The notes below the pieces were generated by a model. That model saw only the letters and a program-made list of their open reading frames with translations, had not been told where the DNA came from and did not search any database. From assembly GCA_964527235.1 (NCBI GenBank), contig CAZGNC010000001.1:83220-147219 (forward strand): 64,000 nt of DNA, read 5' to 3'. Shown here one piece after another: positions 58,054-64,000 of this stretch. Positions within the stretch are counted from its first letter, which is position 1; each line of letters starts with the position of its first letter. This DNA is from an uncultured Candidatus Saccharibacteria bacterium. Its GTDB lineage: Bacteria > Patescibacteriota > Minisyncoccia > Phycocordibacterales > UBA9973. A program made the position numbers and the translations under genes.

Positions 58054-59168
58054 GAGCTATTTTAAATTCCAAGGTCTTCAGTATATTGCTGTTTGGCTTC
58101 CTAATAGCTAATGTGGCTCACGCACAAACTCCTAGCGTATTTTTCAGCACACCGCCTAAGCAGATTCACGAGGGTGAGAGGCTGACTGTTGATGTAAAAA
58201 TTCAATCACCAGGTAAGTCCGTAAACGCTATTTCTGGAGTTATTTCGTATCCAGAAAGTTTGGTGAATGTCGCTTCAATTTCAAAAGACAAGAGCATCAT
58301 CAATATTTGGACCCGTGAACCGAAAGCCAGTAAGGGCCGAATTGTGTTTGAGGGTGTTGCGCTCAATCCAGGATTCGAAGGTTACAATGGTTTGGTTTTT
58401 AGGATTACCTTTGAAGCAAAACGCACAGGCACTGTGTTCCTCAAGATTACCGAAGGGGCGGTGTTGGCGAACGATGGTCGGGGTACGAATGTTCTAGCTA
58501 GTTTGGGTTCTACTAACTTCAATATTATCCAAGGTCTTACTCCTGCACCAACTATTGCCGAAGTAATAACCCCAGAAGGTGGCACCAAGCTAACCGCCTT
58601 GCCTGTCATCATTGAATATTCACCTTTAGTTAATACTAAAGAAGGACTCTTTGTAAAAGGTAAAGGCGAGCCGAATGCTCTAACCAAGATTGTTTTCAAA
58701 GATGTCTCAGTCAAGTCTATAGGCGAGCAATTAATTGCAATGCTTCAGACTAAGAAGAAAAAGCTTAATGAAGTTTTGGTTCAAAACGATGAGATTGGCG
58801 GATTCAATTATATTAGCCCTAAGAACTTAGTTGCAGGGGTGTATAATGCAACGCCGTTCTTGGTTGAAGAGAGTACCAACACAGAGAAGCCTGGTTTTGG
58901 TGTTCAGCTTCTGGTTGACGATAGTAAGATAGTGAAGTGGCTTGTGGTGTTGATAAATGTATTAGGATTGTTGATTCCGGTTGTCGCATTGATCGTTGTT
59001 ATATACTTTATTCCTTGGTATTCCTTTAGACGAATGCGGGTGATTAAGAAGAAGCTTGGGTTAGAAGAGGAACAGCTAGACCTCACCGAGCATCAGCTAG
59101 AACGGCAAGACAAAAGTCAGGATAAGCCTCTTATTCCACCTTTCATACCACCCACAGGTACGCAATAA
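58050..59168 (+). CDS. Cohesin-domain membrane-anchored protein
   Basis: GE.LTVDV.I.S....NAISG.ISYP...SIINIW...ITF.AK..G...VLANDGRGTNVL; C-terminal TM. Confidence 0.78.
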   Translation: MRAILNSKVFSILLFGFLIANVAHAQTPSVFFSTPPKQIHEGERLTVDVKIQSPGKSVNAISGVISYPESLVNVASISKDKSIINIWTREPKASKGRIVFEGVALNPGFEGYNGLVFRITFEAKRTGTVFLKITEGAVLANDGRGTNVLASLGSTNFNIIQGLTPAPTIAEVITPEGGTKLTALPVIIEYSPLVNTKEGLFVKGKGEPNALTKIVFKDVSVKSIGEQLIAMLQTKKKKLNEVLVQNDEIGGFNYISPKNLVAGVYNATPFLVEESTNTEKPGFGVQLLVDDSKIVKWLVVLINVLGLLIPVVALIVVIYFIPWYSFRRMRVIKKKLGLEEEQLDLTEHQLERQDKSQDKPLIPPFIPPTGTQ

Positions 59169-59211
59169 TTTCGTTGTTTTATCTACTTAATGTGATATTA
59201 TTAATGGCAAG

Positions 59212-60306
59212 ATGAGGATGTCTAGGTATAATTTTATACTCGCTTTAGTTCTATTTTTGGCTGCTTTTCCAGTATTTGGACAGACAAGTGATTTACTTTC
59301 CCCTGAAGAAGAATTATGGTTAAAGTCTCGCAACAATACCATAGTAGTTTATCCCGAGAAAAACAATCCTCCTTTTTCTTACACTAGTGCCAGTGGCAAC
59401 ATTCAAGGTCTAGCCATTGATTTCATTGAACTAATCGCTGAAAAAATAGATGCTAAGGTTGTTTATTTATTGCCACAGTCTCGCAGCCAAGTTTTAAATG
59501 ATTTCAAACAAGGCAAGGGTGATGTTGTGATCGGTGTTATGGACACAGAGAGTCGAGGCGCAGAACTTATTTTTTCTGATTCTTTTGTCACCGTGCCGAC
59601 TGTGATAGTAGTTAGGAAAGATTTTGAAAAAAGAAAAGCTCTAACTCTCAATGATTTTAACGGGAAGAGAGTTGCGATGGTTGATGACTCTGCTTTGGAG
59701 GAATATGTGAAGAAAAATTATCCCAGAGTTGTTATAGAAGACGTTACCGATGACGAGGTGAGTTTACAGCAGGTCATACTTGGTGAAGTCGATGCTGCAG
59801 TGATGGATATAGCATCTCTATCTTTTTATCTTTCAAAGCAAGTTCTTAGTAGTGTAAAAGTAGTAGGGAATACTGGGCTTGATTACAAGCCTGCCATGGC
59901 GCTTCTCCCCAACAACACCATTCTGCAATCAATATTAGAGAAGGGCATGACTCAGATTAGCACCACTGATCGCAGTGTTTTAAATGACAAATGGATTATT
60001 ACACCAGGAGAACCCGAGACAGAAAGCCCCGTCTTAGATATCTTTCAGGGACATGCTGATATTATAGTACCTTATGCTTTGCTGGTTTTAGTATTAGTTA
60101 TTGTTGCTTTCAGGCTTGTGTCTCATAGGCGCCATGATTTAGAGCATTTACATAAAGTAGATACAGTGGTAGATCTTAAAAAAGAAGTCTCTGAGCTAGA
60201 GAGCACTAACGACATATTGGCTGCTGAGATGAGATTGATAAAAGAAAAAGAAGATAAACTTCAAGAGAAAATAAACTCTATAGCCCAAGAACACACACAA
60301 CCATAG
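59212..60306 (+). CDS. Family 3 solute-binding (BvgS/EvgS-like Venus flytrap) domain with TM and coiled coil
   Basis: LSPEEELWL, NPPFSY...GLAID, GEVDA; TM then a short coiled coil; no kinase domain. Confidence 0.8.
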   Translation: MRMSRYNFILALVLFLAAFPVFGQTSDLLSPEEELWLKSRNNTIVVYPEKNNPPFSYTSASGNIQGLAIDFIELIAEKIDAKVVYLLPQSRSQVLNDFKQGKGDVVIGVMDTESRGAELIFSDSFVTVPTVIVVRKDFEKRKALTLNDFNGKRVAMVDDSALEEYVKKNYPRVVIEDVTDDEVSLQQVILGEVDAAVMDIASLSFYLSKQVLSSVKVVGNTGLDYKPAMALLPNNTILQSILEKGMTQISTTDRSVLNDKWIITPGEPETESPVLDIFQGHADIIVPYALLVLVLVIVAFRLVSHRRHDLEHLHKVDTVVDLKKEVSELESTNDILAAEMRLIKEKEDKLQEKINSIAQEHTQP

Positions 60307-60405
60307 AAGTGCTTAAAAATTTCTTTACTTTTTAGGGGTGTATTCACACCAAAATGTATTGCGTTAATATCTCAATATAGTAAAATTAAGCTAAGTAGAT
60401 ATTTT

Positions 60406-61212
60406 ATGGTGAGTCAAAAAAAATCTTCAAATTTTAATTCAAAAAACACTTCTAAAAAAAGTAATGTTTTGCGCGTTCAAGTAGATGGAATTTACAAGAA
60501 AAGAAAATTTACTGAAGTAAAAGACGAAAAAGTTGTATGCAATTTAAGTAGTATAGATAGTGATAAAGTTGAAGAAATTAATTCAGTAGATGATAACAGG
60601 CGTCTATTTCTGAAAGCTGCTGGTGTTGCTGGTTTGGGCTTGGCGGCAGGGGCTTTATTTCCAAAAGGTGCTGAGGCGTACGTTGCTGGTAGTACGCCGA
60701 CTTCAAATGTCGTGGGGTCTAAGGACGCTTCAAACGTCCGAATAAATCCAGCCAAAGAAGATGGCAACTTAGCAACTATTGCTGGGAAAGACTTTGCCAC
60801 ACAGACAACCCTGGCGGCGATGAAAGCCAAGACGGATTTACTGACTTTCGATGGTAGTAATAATCTTCTAACTGCGTCTAGTGGTGGAGCTTCATCTGTT
60901 AAAATAAAAGATACTTCGAATACCGAAGTAAACCCTGCCACAGAAGATAGCATGATGTTGCTTAGAAGAATTCTAAGACAAATGGACTCATTGGCTGTCG
61001 TAGATTCTGCGCAAAGACAGAAAGTCACAGTTGAAGGTGCAACTATTACAAGTGGAACCATTACGACAGTAACCACAGTAACCACAGTTTCTACTCTAAC
61101 TTCAGCAACTAACTTAGTTGCACTCGGAGGTGTGGATGGTAGGTATTTATATATTGATACTGCACGAAATGCTTCAGCGAATGGTATTAGAGGTAACTTA
61201 TTATTTTCATAA
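60406..61212 (+). CDS. Protein with twin-arginine-type signal and phage-like fibre segment
   Basis: NRRLFLKAAGVAGLGLAAGALFPKGAEA at about aa 64-91; NPA repeats; TITTVTTVTTV. Confidence 0.7.
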   Translation: MVSQKKSSNFNSKNTSKKSNVLRVQVDGIYKKRKFTEVKDEKVVCNLSSIDSDKVEEINSVDDNRRLFLKAAGVAGLGLAAGALFPKGAEAYVAGSTPTSNVVGSKDASNVRINPAKEDGNLATIAGKDFATQTTLAAMKAKTDLLTFDGSNNLLTASSGGASSVKIKDTSNTEVNPATEDSMMLLRRILRQMDSLAVVDSAQRQKVTVEGATITSGTITTVTTVTTVSTLTSATNLVALGGVDGRYLYIDTARNASANGIRGNLLFS

Positions 61213-61215
61213 TAT

Positions 61216-64000
61216 ATGGCTGTTACAAATAATCTTAAAGCTCAAGTAGATTTACCCGTATGGGAATGGTGTAGATTTGCCCCTACTGCTTCTGTTGCTC
61301 TTTCAGGTATGGCCACCGCTGATGATGGGACAGCTAGGTTTATATATTACATGACAACAGCGACTTTCTATCGCTATGATACTTATGCTGATACATGGCA
61401 ACAGCTCGCTACTCCTAACACTACTCCTGTTACTATTCTTTCTTTACGATATACAGGATTTCGTGGTTATCACGGTAGAGTGTTGAGTGCGACAAGTACC
61501 ACAGTGCAAATTCCTGGCCTTAGGGGGCCAACGCTAAATGGTAAGACTTTAAAAATATTAAGTGGCACGGGTATGGGTCAGGAGAGAGTGTTGACTTACA
61601 CGGGGGAAACTATTCATGATGCTGGGGTTATCACAGGTACCACGACAGCTACATTGGTGGACTCCACAAAGAAGTGGAGGTTCAATCAATGGTCGGGTTA
61701 CCTTGTTGGTATAACTTTCGGTACAGATGCGACTCAGTACAAGAAGATTCTATACAATGATGCTACCACTCTTTATATCCAGGATTCAAACTTACAACCA
61801 CAGGATCCATGGAATAACCAGATTTTCGTTGCAGCAGCACCTTATGCATTACCTGTTACTACTGCAGGTTCTCAGGCACATTTTCAGATTTTATCTAGTA
61901 CATTCTCAGTAGCTTCATGGGATGTTACTCCGGATTATACTTCTTACTTTACTACCACAACTGGTGGAATTTATTTACTTTCCTCAGCCGCTGCTGCGCC
62001 ATTCTTTACTTTACAGTATTACGATATTATCCATGATTCATGGCAAACTAAAACTTGTAACCAGGGTTTAATTCAGGCTGCATTTGGTACTGATTGTACT
62101 TTTGAAAGATTGGCAAAGACAGGTACAGCTTTTCTTTCATCAACTGCTACGGCTGGGTCAGCACGTACTGTCACTGATTCTGTGCAGACTTTAACAGTAG
62201 ATAGATATGCCAATTATAGAATTTTAATCACTGGCGGTACTGGTATTGGTCAAAGCCGAAGAATCATTTGCAACACTACCACCGTGTTTACAGTCAATAA
62301 GGCCTGGGATGTTACACCTGACAATACTTCTACTTATGAAATATGGGGAGATTACGACAAAGCATTTATGGCAGGAGGTGCAGCAGGTGCTTTGTATGCT
62401 TATTCTCCGAGTAATGATTTTTGGATGCAGGGACAGAGCTTCGATGATGGAATTGTAGCTAACATCGCAGTAAAGATGAATGGCTGGGAAGCCCTAGGTG
62501 TAACTTCTGGAGTAAGAATTGCTTCGGGAGTTACAGCAGTGAATCCTGTTCCGACCGCGGGTGGGACAGGATATGTGGTTGGAGATATTTTAACTTGCTC
62601 TGTTGGTGGTACAGGTGCTCGTGTGATAGTTACTTCTACTACATTTTCTGGTTCCTCTGGTGTTGTCACCGGTATTGAACTTGTTGCCTCTGGTACTGTA
62701 ACTGGTTTTACTACAGGCACTGGTAAGGCTACTACCGGTGGTACTGGTACAGGATGCACAATAGAAATAACTTCAGTGGGGGCTACTTGTTTAGTAACCA
62801 CTGCTTCAGCAAACTGGTTTAAGACAGGGGATTCTGTAACTTTCTCTGGTTGCACCGAAGCTGCATATAATGCTGCCCATACTATCTTAGGAGTTGGAAG
62901 TACTACAACTTTTGATGTTGCTGTTTCTGCTACAGCTAACATGGCAGCAAGTAATTCTCAGTCGACAACTGTTATAGTTGACCCTACAAAGAGCTGGACG
63001 ACTAATGAGCACGTAGGTAAGTTGGTGCACCTTTCTGTGGCTGGTACTGCACCTACTGCGCAGATAAGATGGATTACCGCGAATACTGCAACAACTTTAA
63101 CTGTTGCAACTATAGTTGCGGGTGTTAATGGTACTTCAAAGTATGCAATTTACGATTCTAAAGTCTTCGGAACTGATAATCAATTCAAACCAGCTAATCA
63201 GCAAAATTGGGGTCATGCTTCTAGTGGATCTACCACTACTTTAGTAGATTCTTCAAAAAGTTGGGTTACCAACTGTTGGGCGGGTTATAAACTTCGCATA
63301 GAGTCTGGCACTGGCTTCGCTTCGGGAATTATTTCTATTGTTTCAAATACTGCTACGACTTTAACCTATGCGTCACAATCTTTTACCCCTGATGCTACTA
63401 CTCACTATGAAATTGCTGATAGTTGGGGTTTGATAACTGCCGGTGGTACTACTACACCTGTTACCGAAACGACTACGAAAAACTGGACTACTAACATGTG
63501 GGCAGGAAAAAGATTGCGAATCACAGGAGGCACAGCTTTAGGGCAGGAGGGAACTATAACCTCAAACACTGCTACAGCTCTCACCACTGCAGCGCTTACT
63601 TTGACTGATACGACTTCTACATATGCAATTCTTGGCATCCCAGCTCGTGGTGCAGGTATTCAGTTGATTTGGCTATGGAATAATTCAGATTCCACCACTA
63701 AGGGTAAATATATGTTCTTGCCGAGAGGTGGAGCGTCTAACACTGCTGATATATATGACATCACGACCTCTCGTTGGATATATGGGTACTTTTATTCACC
63801 GCAGGCAGAAACTCTTACCACTGGGTCAATGTATGCATATGATGGTCATAACACTATTTACTTCCAAAAAGATGCAACAGGAAGAGTGTATGCATATAAT
63901 TTTACCACCAATGATATTAAATTATTAGGTACTATACCTTACGGACACTCCACGGCTATAGTTGGTAATAGAATGGAGATAATAGAAACAGCAGATGGTT
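61216..64000 (+). CDS. Large Thr/Gly-rich repeat protein with Kelch-like blades, phage tail-associated type (partial; not in the ORF track because it has no stop in the window)
   Basis: MAVTNNLKAQVDLPVWEWCRF...YRYDTYADTWQQLA; repeated TTLVDxxKxWxxNxWxG...I..GTG.GQ.R.I..NT units; same frame at both ends, reading ...VGNRMEIIETADG at the window edge. Confidence 0.85.
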   Translation, partial: MAVTNNLKAQVDLPVWEWCRFAPTASVALSGMATADDGTARFIYYMTTATFYRYDTYADTWQQLATPNTTPVTILSLRYTGFRGYHGRVLSATSTTVQIPGLRGPTLNGKTLKILSGTGMGQERVLTYTGETIHDAGVITGTTTATLVDSTKKWRFNQWSGYLVGITFGTDATQYKKILYNDATTLYIQDSNLQPQDPWNNQIFVAAAPYALPVTTAGSQAHFQILSSTFSVASWDVTPDYTSYFTTTTGGIYLLSSAAAAPFFTLQYYDIIHDSWQTKTCNQGLIQAAFGTDCTFERLAKTGTAFLSSTATAGSARTVTDSVQTLTVDRYANYRILITGGTGIGQSRRIICNTTTVFTVNKAWDVTPDNTSTYEIWGDYDKAFMAGGAAGALYAYSPSNDFWMQGQSFDDGIVANIAVKMNGWEALGVTSGVRIASGVTAVNPVPTAGGTGYVVGDILTCSVGGTGARVIVTSTTFSGSSGVVTGIELVASGTVTGFTTGTGKATTGGTGTGCTIEITSVGATCLVTTASANWFKTGDSVTFSGCTEAAYNAAHTILGVGSTTTFDVAVSATANMAASNSQSTTVIVDPTKSWTTNEHVGKLVHLSVAGTAPTAQIRWITANTATTLTVATIVAGVNGTSKYAIYDSKVFGTDNQFKPANQQNWGHASSGSTTTLVDSSKSWVTNCWAGYKLRIESGTGFASGIISIVSNTATTLTYASQSFTPDATTHYEIADSWGLITAGGTTTPVTETTTKNWTTNMWAGKRLRITGGTALGQEGTITSNTATALTTAALTLTDTTSTYAILGIPARGAGIQLIWLWNNSDSTTKGKYMFLPRGGASNTADIYDITTSRWIYGYFYSPQAETLTTGSMYAYDGHNTIYFQKDATGRVYAYNFTTNDIKLLGTIPYGHSTAIVGNRMEIIETADG

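Noticed and set aside
37927-64000. Prophage
   Set aside because: Phage-like fibre domains carry export signals or sit beside them; no capsid, portal, terminase or integrase in the window
1-64000. CRISPR array, IS elements, or genetic code 25
   Set aside because: No regularly spaced repeats or transposase motifs seen; conserved genes are full length in code 11 and TGA ends genes (e.g. 44753, 47535 region genes abut normally)

Overview
A 64-kb chromosomal window from an AT-rich, reduced-genome bacterium using the standard genetic code. Gene content and style point to Patescibacteria/CPR, Parcubacteria, possibly Nomurabacteria (inference, not a database result). The left half carries housekeeping genes (mreB end, mreC, tgt, SpeA-like decarboxylase, rnpB, Clp-type ATPase, tRNA-Ala, tRNA-Asn, hpf, fmt, def, hisS, lepB, pth, dnaE, gap and non-oxidative pentose-phosphate genes). 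Interspersed among them are GC-rich mini-cassettes with Shine-Dalgarno sites and mostly their own promoter and terminator, whereas native genes look leaderless or SD-less. Three of these cassette genes encode diderm-style envelope proteins (PEGA lipoprotein, OmpA-like plus barrel, small barrel). The tRNA region contains tRNA-specific T-arm echoes and a direct repeat. The right half (about 33-64 kb) is a large cell-surface locus: a 1937-aa tail-fibre-like protein with a peptidase-G2-like chaperone, a dTDP-sugar/GtrA/GT-C glycosylation cluster, a pilin/WxL-like plus chaperone plus dockerin plus cohesin operon, and a Tat-signal protein followed by an unlisted >900-aa phage-like repeat/propeller protein that runs off the window end. 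No CRISPR array, integrase or transposase was seen. All family calls come from motif recognition by eye.
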